This document shows, one piece after another, positions 52,123 through 61,409 of a stretch of 64,000 bases of DNA (positions are counted from its first letter, which is position 1; every line of letters begins with the position of its first letter). This DNA is from a virus (taxonomy: Duplodnaviria > Caudoviricetes): positions 1-64,000 of IMG/VR virus record IMGVR_UViG_3300029288_000067. One strand, written 5' to 3'. The notes beneath the pieces were generated by a model. It searched no databases and had not been told where the DNA came from. It was given only the letters and a program-made list of their open reading frames with translations. Made by a program: the position numbers and the translations under genes.

Positions 52123-52154
52123 GTTGAACCTCCATTAGGGTTTAACATGAGAAA
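52115..52154 (-). promoter_or_regulatory. hairpin sequestering the RBS and start codon of the HNH gene
   Basis: TTTCTCATGTT-AAACC-CTAATGGA-GGTTC-AACATGAGAAA. Confidence 0.7.
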
Positions 52155-52179
52155 TGTATTATCTTCTTAAAACAAGAAA

Positions 52180-52250
52180 TAGGCGCATTACGATTTGAAC
52201 GTAAATTCTGACATCCAAAGTGTCATGTCCTGCCGTTGAACGATGCGCCC
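52180..52250 (-). tRNA. tRNA-Gln(UUG)
   Basis: TGACA-CTTTGGA-TGTCA. Confidence 0.85.
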
Positions 52251-52252
52251 AA

Positions 52253-52325
52253 AGCATCAAGCGGGGCTCGAACCCGCGACATCGACCTTGGAAGGGTCGC
52301 ACTCTACCAACTGAGCTATTGATGC
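52253..52325 (-). tRNA. tRNA-Gly(UCC)
   Basis: CGACC-CTTCCAA-GGTCG. Confidence 0.92.
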
Positions 52326-52335
52326 TTAAAAACAG

Positions 52336-52408
52336 TCTGGGTAACAGGATTTGAACCTGTGGCCTTCTGGTCCCAAACCAGACGCTCCACCAACTGAGCT
52401 ATACCCAG
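52336..52408 (-). tRNA. tRNA-Pro(UGG)
   Basis: TCTGG-TTTGGGA-CCAGA. Confidence 0.92.
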
Positions 52409-52414
52409 ATAAAA

Positions 52415-52533
52415 ACTGTGACCCTGCTGTTTGCCCTTAAGTGGGCTGATTATACCGGCAGGGCTCGGGCTGGTTCCCCTATACCCGTGCGCCCATTTCT
52501 GGATTACGGGTGTTCCACCTTTGTCACCACAGC
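52415..52533. ncRNA. candidate ~118-nt three-way-junction RNA upstream of tRNA-Pro
   Basis: GC-rich island; CTGTG/CACAG closing helix, ACCCGT/ACGGGT and CCCTGC/GCAGGG arms. Confidence 0.5.
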
Positions 52534-52559
52534 TTTTTTATTAATTAGACTTCCATTTC

Positions 52560-52588
52560 ATTTAACCACACAGAGATTCGATTGTCAA
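52560..52588 (-). promoter_or_regulatory. sigma70-type promoter
   Basis: TTGACA-17-TTAAAT with an upstream TG. Confidence 0.6.
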
Positions 52589-52590
52589 TA

Positions 52591-52884
52591 CTATTTTCCA
52601 ACGATGTGATAATAATACCGAAAAAGATCTTCGATAGGGCCGGGAGGCATCATCCGAAATGCTCGGTCAATTCCCAAGTATACTTTTCCATCGGAAGGAA
52701 AATCCCAAACATTGCTTACGGCATTGGGGTCCGTGTGCAACAACATCGTTTCATAATCGTCTGCTTTTTTAAGCATTTGGCGGTTAGCATGGCGAAAGTT
52801 TCGGCTTGCCCGTTTCTTCGCCATATGATCCGAACCACGACGACCGTGACCCAACACAACAGTCTTTACAAAACTTCGTGACAT
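52591..52884 (-). CDS. conserved basic hypothetical protein
   Basis: MSRS..K...KKRASR.FR...VSNVWDF..DGK; AAGGAG RBS. Confidence 0.6.
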   Translation of the reverse strand: MSRSFVKTVVLGHGRRGSDHMAKKRASRNFRHANRQMLKKADDYETMLLHTDPNAVSNVWDFPSDGKVYLGIDRAFRMMPPGPIEDLFRYYYHIVGK

Positions 52885-54080
52885 CTCTAAGGCTCCTTGT
52901 TTAAGGTTTCTTAGAGAAAACTCTCCGGGTACTGTTGAATATTCATTTTTACTCTCCTGTGAGTAGATCAATATCTTCTTCGATACGTTTAAGCCCTTTA
53001 TTGGACTTTTCCAGAACATCCATTGCTTCCGAAATTTTTGAAGTACTGCTGCATTCCGATACAGCTAATCTAATAGAATGTATTTTTCTTTGTAAATTCT
53101 TCAATTGCCGGATTGACAACGATTCAGTTTCGGTATTTTTCATTTTTTACATCCCTGAAAGAGTTTTATATGTCAAAAGATTCTTTTCCAAGTCTGAAAT
53201 TGTCTGCCGAAGATACCCAATACAGAGCATTGTTGGTTTATTGTATTCCCGGGTATGCACCTCTGAGGACCCACAAACCCGGCAAGCTTCTGTTGCTTCT
53301 TTTTTTGCAGAATTGTGTCTTCGATCGTTTATGGTATATGCCATCTTGTCTTCATTTCCTTAAAAAATTTAAGAGTTTGATTACAAAAAATGTTATCAAA
53401 CTCCCGAGAAGAAAGTAATATTTTAATTCCTCCTCGTGCATTTCCTTCAAACAATCATTGTGATAATCTGTTCCATTTTCATCGTGACTCGAATAGTGAC
53501 ATTTCGGGCAGGTATCTCCATACATCAGTATTTCCCCTCTAAGTATATTTTTGGAGGCATGTTGAATCTTCGCTTAAAAGAGCAAGTTCCACACAAGACT
53601 GTTGCCGTTCTACCTATTGGGGTATCTGGAACTATCAACAAGATCCCACAATCAACACAAGGAATTTCTACGACTCCTACAGGCTTTTCCTTCGGATCTG
53701 TCATATTTTCGCTCATATTGGGAACTACCATCCTGCTGCCTCTTCCTGTCCAATCGCCAGCCCGATAGACTTTCCAAGAGAATATCCTTCGAGATAACTC
53801 ACAAAAGCCTTGTTTGTTTCCCCATTGGTATACCAGTGCCCCGCAGGAGCTTCTCCTCGTTTTTCCCGGGTTACTTGCATATGCTTGTGGGTTTTTTCAA
53901 AATTGTCCATCACTTCACTCAATTCTTTGGAATTCATGGGCATACTCCTTTTTATTTCATCGCTGATGAGGATGAGAAATACTATTCCCCTGTTGCAACC
54001 TACAACAGACTTCCTCACAACAAGAAGACACCTTGTTGTGAGGCAATTTATTTTGCCCTATAGACACAGGGCATGAGCAA

Positions 54081-54630
54081 TGCCGGGAGCGGGACTTGAA
54101 CCCGCACGAGATTTCTCCCTCCGGATTTTACCTACCACTTCGGCTTTCGCCGCCAAGACTTTAACTTTCTGTACCCGTGGGATACAGGGCTTTTCTTGTT
54201 CGTGGTCTGGATCATATCTTTGCACAGGTCTATGCCATCTCCAGCTTTGAAAGCCTTTATGACACGCTTTGCAAGCGAAGCCCGAGTTTCCTCTGACAAG
54301 GCAGTTGGCACATGATCTCTACGAGGGTATTCATTTCTTCCCACGTTAGGCGTTCTTCACGTCCCGTCAGGATTCATCATGAAAGAACCTTCTCTCGGAA
54401 TTGGGTTGTCCTGTCCCTCTTTCAAGTGCTCCGTATCCCAGTAACGAGATTCGGGAGAAGAGGGCTTCACCACGTATGGAGTTTATCCTTATTTGGTAGC
54501 TCTCACTATACTTTTTCAGCAAGCCGTTTTCCGATTTCGCCAACATCCCACAGGGAATTTCTTACCCTGTGGACCCATTTCACATTTGTGTTACTAGAGT
54601 CCGGTGTGTCTACCGTTTCACCATCCCGGC
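54081..54630 (-). tRNA. tRNA-Leu(UAA), intron-containing
   Basis: 5' exon GCCGGGATGGTGAAACGGTAGACACACCGGACT (54630-54598) + 3' exon TAAAATCCGG...long variable arm...TCCCGGCA (54130-54081). Confidence 0.9.
54131..54597 (-). mobile_element. group I self-splicing intron (467 nt, no homing ORF)
   Basis: Follows U, ends in G; P1 GGACU/GGUCC with U.G wobble; P AAATCGGAAAAC, Q AATTCCGAG, R CGTAGAGATCA, S AAGATATGATCCA. Confidence 0.88.
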
Positions 54631-54656
54631 TATTTGTTTTTCAAAGAACTACAAGT

Positions 54657-54685
54657 ATATTACCGTAAGAGCAACAAAACTTCAA
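54657..54685 (-). promoter_or_regulatory. phage sigma70-type promoter for tRNA-Leu
   Basis: TTGAAG-17-TAATAT. Confidence 0.7.
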
Positions 54686-55190
54686 GGTCTCTTTTGTACA
54701 ATCTGCAAAGAATCTTCGTCCTTTATCTCTTTTTCCTCAATTGTTGCAAGAGAAAGAAGAAACCGATTTCGGTCCATTTTAATTTCTTCTATTTCTTCGG
54801 GGAAGGGATACTTTGGATATTCCAACTCTTTGGCTTTCTGTGGAGGACACAGAAAGATAGTTTGTTGCGCCGAAGATTTATCCCTATTTTTCAATGTTGT
54901 AACGATTATTCTTTTTTGCATATTACCCCCTCCCCAGTTTCAACAATAAGTTGTTAAGAGTGTCTTTGTCACTTTCCGCCCCACCATTTTTCTCAAATAA
55001 CTCCACAATTTTGAGAATGAGTATATCCCTTTCCAACAATTTCATTTCTTCAGTAATACTTGATAATTCTGCTATTGCAAGAGTTAATTTACCGGTGTTT
55101 AAATACTCTTGCATTACTTTTGAACTTATTTCAAATTCTTTTGCAGTTCGAGCAATTCTGTTTTCATTCAATTTTTTGTAAGAAATCATA

Positions 55191-56216
55191 CTATTTCACC
55201 TTTTTGCAGAAAGTAAAGAGTTTCTCGGGATGGGCAAGGATTGCATTCCCACAGGTTATTCCACTTTCATCTTCTTCTTTCGAGGCAATAAATGTGATGA
55301 CATCAAAGCCTTCATTTCGGAGATCTTTTTCGATTTCTTTGTAAGGATAAAAAGTGGTGTAATTTCCCGGAGTTTTAATCCCTTTTTCCAGGGCTTCCGG
55401 GGTTTTATGCATAGGGGTCAATTTCACAACGTACCAATCTGGATTGAAATATTTCTTCAAATCCTTTCCCTTTATCTCATACTCTGCAACGGCAAAATTG
55501 AGGGTATATTTTCTTCCTTTCGGAGGAGAGTCAATCAATTTTGCAATTTCGGAAAGATCTAAGGAATTCCCATAAAACATATCTTCCCGGGCAGCGTCCG
55601 AAGTGGAATTGATAGAGAATTGTAACCCTGCTTCTCCTGCACAGGCAATATTTTTAAAATCAACCCACCGAGATACAAATCTTTGCAGAAATTGATTATT
55701 CTTCGGGAGCATTGTGGAAACCACAGGATGGAAATTACCCCCTCCTAATTCTGTGAATTGTTTTCCCGCGATAGCAACGGGAAGAACCTCTTTGTTAAAG
55801 GAGGGCTCCCCCATACGGGCAAAATGTAAATTCAATCGCTGGGTTTTCTTAATCTCTGGATGCAAAGAGAGAGCGGTTTGTATCTGTGTCAGCATATCCC
55901 TATAGGAACAATTCAACCCTTTACCTACTTTTGGAACAGAACAAAATTTACACCCCATAGAACATCCATACTGGGTTGAAATTGTGATGACCCATTTTTC
56001 AGAAAGGGGGAGCATTTCTTGATGTTTCACTTCCGAAATTTCCTGGGACAATCCCAAGAAATCTGCTTTAATATTTGCCTCTTTCCCATAATCCCCCAGA
56101 GAGACACACTCAAGCAACCCACCCTCACCTCTTACAACAAGGATATGCCCGGTGGGAACCTCATACAAATTTACAAGGTGGGGTTCTTTTAAAACATCCA
56201 AAGAATTGTAATCCAT
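55191..56216 (-). CDS. RlmN/Cfr-like radical SAM RNA methyltransferase
   Basis: ISTQYGCSMGCKFC, ARMGEP..N, C-terminal ITCG (position of the RlmN catalytic Cys). Confidence 0.8.
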   Translation of the reverse strand: MDYNSLDVLKEPHLVNLYEVPTGHILVVRGEGGLLECVSLGDYGKEANIKADFLGLSQEISEVKHQEMLPLSEKWVITISTQYGCSMGCKFCSVPKVGKGLNCSYRDMLTQIQTALSLHPEIKKTQRLNLHFARMGEPSFNKEVLPVAIAGKQFTELGGGNFHPVVSTMLPKNNQFLQRFVSRWVDFKNIACAGEAGLQFSINSTSDAAREDMFYGNSLDLSEIAKLIDSPPKGRKYTLNFAVAEYEIKGKDLKKYFNPDWYVVKLTPMHKTPEALEKGIKTPGNYTTFYPYKEIEKDLRNEGFDVITFIASKEEDESGITCGNAILAHPEKLFTFCKKVK

Positions 56217-56217
56217 G

Positions 56218-56829
56218 TTATTTCCCTTTCTGCAATTTTTCTCGAAACAAAACAGCTTGTTTGTGTGCTTCCTCGTGAGTATTCCATTTCATGTTACCCT
56301 CGGGATCCTTGACATCCAAATGATCGATTCGGGCATAGAAATGCTTTCCCTCCGGCCACCTTGTAATGTTGATTTTCATATTTGAATTGGGGAAAACAAA
56401 GTCATCTTTTGTAACCGTATCAAGAATAGTAATTTCCCCGTGAGGGTAGAAATAAGCTCCTGTGGGGGAGATATACAGGGTTTTGTAGGTTTCCAAGCAT
56501 TTCCACATATTTGCAACAACTTTACCGACAAAATCCGCTGCAATTTCCCAGATCTTTTTGTTTTCTCCTCGGAGAGCCGAAACCTCGCAGATTTGTCGGA
56601 TAACTCTGCCCATATCTGTGCGGGCATGAGAGTATTGTGATTCTGTTCTTCCCAACAAATAATCACATTCCTTGGAGAACATGAAATCCTCAACCCCACG
56701 ATTGATATTTTTGGCCTGAACATTTTCGTACCATACCATCAATTCCTGTTCGGATTGCACTTTCAACAGATAGTCATACTCCAAGGTATGTCCCCGGGAA
56801 GCTATTGTTATTTTTTCAAAAGTGGGCAT
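56218..56829 (-). CDS. hypothetical protein
   Basis: ORF track. Confidence 0.55.
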   Translation of the reverse strand: MPTFEKITIASRGHTLEYDYLLKVQSEQELMVWYENVQAKNINRGVEDFMFSKECDYLLGRTESQYSHARTDMGRVIRQICEVSALRGENKKIWEIAADFVGKVVANMWKCLETYKTLYISPTGAYFYPHGEITILDTVTKDDFVFPNSNMKINITRWPEGKHFYARIDHLDVKDPEGNMKWNTHEEAHKQAVLFREKLQKGK

Positions 56830-57828
56830 GTTATTCCCCCCCATTCTACAAATTCTGCTTCCATCTTCAGAAGCTTTTCTTCGGCATCTTTCATTTCATT
56901 TTGCAATCTCTGGATTTGTTCCTTGGTTCTTTGAATCTCTTTCCAAGCTGCGTATTTTTTAACTTTTGGAAAGAATGTATCCCCGTATTGTTCTATGGCA
57001 GAAACCGCTACCCCATCCAGAAGTTCAATTATTTCGGCAAGGTATTCCCCACACTTTGGTCCAGCACCAATCAAAAGAGATGCCCTATTAATTGCCCTTT
57101 TTGTCTCCATATCCAACCCAATAGCAAATTGGACCATTCTATCCTTGAATTCTACAGCATGGTCTGTTTCAAGCTTAAGACCCATAAACTCCCCACAGAC
57201 ATGCAAACAAGTGATTCGTAATGGTCCCAAGGAAGTGATTACCTCAATTACGGGTTCTTTCATTGTTTATCTCCCATGAAGGTATTCCGAGTTTCCGAAA
57301 AGTACCAAGAAGTGTATTTGTGCCCGTATTTCCACCAATAATAGAAATTGAAACTGGAGCCGATTGTGAGGGCTTTGATTGCAACTAGGATGAAAAGATA
57401 TTGAAACATACTTATTTCCTCCTCGTTTGCGTTAATTTGGGTGTAGCTCCCTTTTTCCAAGCTGTGGCACATTTCTTCTGGTCCCCTAAAATCCCCCGTG
57501 CAAAGCCCGAAACAGAGGACAAATTGAACAATTCCAAGTCTTTGTCGGGGACATTTGGCAACAGGGTTTTTCGCAGACCTTCAACCCCAGCACATTTTAT
57601 GATTTTGGGTTGCCATTCGATCATATAAATACATGCCGACATGCTTCTTTCAAATGAAGCTTTGTGACATTCCCGGTAAGCCTCTTCAAAGTGCCAGAGA
57701 CCTTCTCGCTCGGAGTTGAACCCAATCACTTTTTCATCATCATCCAGAGCAATGTAATACTTCTCGTCACAAAAATACAGAATCACCCAAAAGTCTTTTG
57801 TCTTTTTCATATTTATCCCTCCGGAAAG

Positions 57829-57857
57829 ATATTACCGGGAGATGGGTAAAACTTCAA
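57829..57857 (-). promoter_or_regulatory. phage sigma70-type promoter (family member)
   Basis: TTGAAG-17-TAATAT. Confidence 0.7.
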
Positions 57858-58059
57858 AGGGAATTTTTATTATCGTTTGTGTCTTCCTCACAATACAGGG
57901 TTTTCCCATCCTTATTTGCTAAGAATTCGGCAATCGCAGTAGTAACCACCCGCGACAACTTGAAAAATGTGTGTTACTACGTACCCAAACCCGACCTTTT
58001 TCCACATATGCATAGGCTTCTTCTTTGGTTGCCTTTTGATATTTTTGCATATTCTCCTC

Positions 58060-58923
58060 CTATAAAATTGTGGCTCCCGGAGTATTCCAATCCAAAAACA
58101 CACGCCCAGAAGGATGGTAAATAAGATTCCTTACTGTATCATCTACAACACTTCGAGTGAGACACCTTGAAAGACAGATATTTAATCCTGATTTTGGGAA
58201 AACAAATACATCGGCCCCGTGAGGAAGTGTATATACATATTTTCCCCCAAGGGTATGCACAACATTCTGTGTTGTTAAATTCCAGTAATTTTCATCAATT
58301 CGGTGTTCTTCCACGAATTGTTTCTGTGGAGAATTTTCTCCTTCTGGGGCATTGATGGGTGTTACCGTGATTTGATCAACTTCATTATTTTCTGCAAAAT
58401 AAATAAATTGAGTCAGTTCCTCAGCGGTATCAATAAAACCTTTCATGGCGACAAGAGAAAGTCGGACAGTATATCCCATCTGTCTCAATTTAAAAATAGT
58501 TCGTGTAAGGAAAGGATATTCTTTGTTGTATATTTCTGCATTTCGAGCATTCTGATAATGCACAACAGACAGAGAAATTGTGGTTAATCCCAGAGAATAC
58601 CACGTTGGAAGGTAGGTGTCCCAAATCACTTGAGAAAACAAGCCATTGGTTTGCAATTCTTTCAGAGGAAAATCTTTGAGATATCCCAAGTAACCGGAAA
58701 TCTCGTTCGGGTGCAGGGTGGGCTCCCCTTTACTTGTAAGAATAAGAGTTGTTGCCCCTTTTTGCATTGCCAGCTTATATGCTGCGTCAAGATGATTTCG
58801 ATTGATGGAAAAATGCTTATCCCTTTTAATCTCTGGGGTCATTTTTGCAATACAAAAGGGACAAGAGGCATTACATCGAGAATCGCCCACTAAAACATTC
58901 ATTGCCGTAACATTAAAATTCAT
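58060..58923 (-). CDS. radical SAM protein, function unknown
   Basis: CNASCPFC, TSKGEPTL, LQTNG. Confidence 0.85.
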   Translation of the reverse strand: MNFNVTAMNVLVGDSRCNASCPFCIAKMTPEIKRDKHFSINRNHLDAAYKLAMQKGATTLILTSKGEPTLHPNEISGYLGYLKDFPLKELQTNGLFSQVIWDTYLPTWYSLGLTTISLSVVHYQNARNAEIYNKEYPFLTRTIFKLRQMGYTVRLSLVAMKGFIDTAEELTQFIYFAENNEVDQITVTPINAPEGENSPQKQFVEEHRIDENYWNLTTQNVVHTLGGKYVYTLPHGADVFVFPKSGLNICLSRCLTRSVVDDTVRNLIYHPSGRVFLDWNTPGATIL

Positions 58924-59313
58924 CTCTATATCCTTGTATTTTAGGAGTATGTTGCGAGGATTCTGAAAGATAGGTCATTGTATCGAACATATTTCAGAAG
59001 AATTCTCTCGAAAGAACTTTTCCAATTCAACAAATCATCGAAAGAGAAAGAAGTACTTCCGAGGTACAACTCCACAGCAATTTCATTGTCTTTCAAACAC
59101 AAATCACCACAAGTTGAGTATGGATCGAGTGGAGGTTTAAAAATTTGGAATTCTTTGCCATTAATCCCAAACATCCCCGGGCAATCTTCTACGGGAAAAT
59201 CTTTTTCTAACTTTTCGAGATCTTCCCAAACACTTATGCCGTCCAAAATAGCAATAAGATGCAGATTGTTGCTACGAGACATGTATTCACTCCTCTATGT
59301 ATGTCTTTTTCAG

Positions 59314-59385
59314 TAGACCCGGTGGGGATCGAACCCACGACTATTCGGTTATGAGCCGAAAGCTCTACCACTGAGCTACAGGTCT
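59314..59385 (-). tRNA. tRNA(CAU), Ile2-like
   Basis: AGACCT.. acceptor and CGG-CTCATAA-CCG arm resemble bacterial tRNA-Ile2. Confidence 0.8.
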
Positions 59386-59389
59386 ATAA

Positions 59390-59636
59390 GTAATGCAGGT
59401 AAAGAACTACTAGGCTTACAGGGCATCTTTGTGGGCTCCGTCGTTTGTCTGACTCCTTAGAAACCAGCATCAGGCAATCTATCTGATTTCGGCATCAGTG
59501 GTTAGTTCCACTCGACTCCACAGTATCGACCCTTACAATTGCCATTGTATTACTATCCCGATGAACTCGATAGTTTTCGCCAGCCCCAGACGCATTTAAT
59601 AAGGCTTGTGTGTCACATACCACACCGCTGCATTAC
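59390..59636 (-). ncRNA. candidate 247-nt multi-hairpin ncRNA
   Basis: 9-bp closing helix GTAATGCAG/CTGCATTAC enclosing at least 7 hairpins; no ORF. Confidence 0.6.
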
Positions 59637-59660
59637 AGAACAACCCCGTAAAGGGCACCT

Positions 59661-59828
59661 GCATACCACATGTTGCCACAGTCTCCCCAAGGATTTAGGG
59701 ATATAACCCAGTTGTGTACTCATGCCTGTCATTCTATCCCAACAAGCACCCCTCCACAACCGTTTCGTTTTACCATTTGCAAATTCCTGATAGAGGGAAT
59801 ATTGCTACAGCGAACGAGGGCGGTATGC
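59661..59828 (-). ncRNA. 6S RNA-like rod (168 nt)
   Basis: Terminal stem, central purine-rich bubble with a small 3' hairpin, apical stem. Confidence 0.55.
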
Positions 59829-59839
59829 GAACAAGACAA

Positions 59840-59915
59840 TTGCGGGAGTTGGATTTGAACCAACGATCTGTGGCTTATGAGACCACCGGGAACGACCATA
59901 CTTCCCCATCCCGCA
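59840..59915 (-). tRNA. tRNA-Met(CAU), initiator-like
   Basis: TGCGGGA/TCCCGCA acceptor, loop CTCATAA, T arm GTTGG-TTCAAAT-CCAAC; only two of the three anticodon-stem G-C pairs. Confidence 0.8.
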
Positions 59916-59920
59916 TTAAG

Positions 59921-59949
59921 ATATTACCACAACACCTTCAAAACTTCAA
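59921..59949 (-). promoter_or_regulatory. phage sigma70-type promoter for the tRNA/ncRNA operon
   Basis: TTGAAG-17-TAATAT. Confidence 0.75.
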
Positions 59950-61409
59950 GCTATTCTTTGACTTCCTCAAACCGGCATTCTTTCATAATTTTTGGAGGGT
60001 AACTGAAACCCTCAACATCTTGAATAGCAAAAAATTTATCCCGATCCAAGTCCTGCATAAAATCTCCAAGAGTTTCCGGAAACTCGAAAACAAAATTGAT
60101 TTTTGAGACCATATGTGTTGCCCGGATCTTCATTTTGTGGATACCTTTCGAGAAATCAATCGATCTTTTTCCCAATATTCCACAGTCACATCGGTTTCGG
60201 TTTCAATTGTTACTTTCTTTGAAACAACCTTACCAAAAGGATCAAATTGTTCCTCAGTAGTAATCTTGGGCTTCTTGTCGGATGTTTTCTTCTTCAACTT
60301 CTCCACCAATTCGTCTACATCTTTCACTTTCAAGAAATCGTCAAAATACCCATTGGCTTTATGCAAGAATTGTTCAACGTAGCTTGTGATAGGTTGAGGT
60401 TTATTAGGGCAGTTCATACAGGCAGCAGTACCGGCAAGAGAGCAACAACAAACAGCCATTTTATATTTCTCCAGTATCAATCGATTTGATTCACGAATTC
60501 CGAAACATCAATCACAGGGTACTTTACCACGATCTCCCGAAATTTTTCAAGGGTAAGATTCAAATAAATGAGGACATTCACAACATTTGTCCTCGGGGAG
60601 ACATACTTCACGAAAAGATTCCCGTTATCCTCCAAAGCCCACACAGGAATGTTGAGATGGTTGAAATCAGTTGGACCACAAATTTCAACCATCTCTGGTT
60701 TGATATTGTACGGGCTTTCAGCGGGAACTTTATTGAATCCTCTTGGGAATCCAAGATAGATCTTTGTAAGGCCCCCAATAAATGTCCCCGGATGATGTTT
60801 CGAACAAGTAAAACCACCCCAGTTCGAACTTTTTGAAACATTTTGGCATCTCTCTCCCCGATTACATGCTTGCATACATCCCGGGCAGAAATATTTTTCA
60901 ACAGCCTTCAAAACAGTTTCAGGAACGGTTGAATTGTTTTCGCTCTGCATGTTTAATCTCCTGTATGTAAGTATGTACTTTCTTTGCCTCATGAATCCAA
61001 TTTTCTTCCGGCAGTTCTGTAACAAGATCCACGGGGACATAATTCTTGTGCGACGGTAGTTTATCGGTGTAATGCCCGAGGAATGTAAACCCACTACCCG
61101 TAGGATCTTCCACAAGAGTTAATCCCATAGGGCGGATTTTCTTGTTTATCGTTGCAAGGCTGTATCGTTTTTCGCCCATATTATTTTTCCGAGATGGTGA
61201 TGGATAGACCTTGCAGGATCTGTGGTCCGTCACAATATCGGTCGGTTTCCTTATATCCCATCACTTCTTGGATGCATACCTTGGAATATGGGGGAATATC
61301 AATCCCCTTTGCTTTTGCATACATCCTCACCATCTCTTCCAGTTCCAGCGAGGACACCTTGTAAGAGGTCACAGTGCTTTGTCTTTCCATATTCGCTCCT
61401 TATGCAGGT

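Noticed and set aside
52421-52462. TPP riboswitch (+ strand UGCCC...GGGCUGA..AUACC)
   Set aside because: The conserved UGAGA is UGAUU and the P4/P5 pyrophosphate-binding half is missing
54132-54344. Intron-encoded 70-aa ORF
   Set aside because: Overlaps the R and S core elements, has no nuclease motif and is too short
54593-54630. Amber-suppressor tRNA (5' exon runs into CU-CUA)
   Set aside because: The CUA belongs to the intron 5' end; the spliced anticodon is UAA
59390-59636. RNase P RNA or tmRNA
   Set aside because: No GAGGAAAGUCC / P4 partner and no tRNA-like termini
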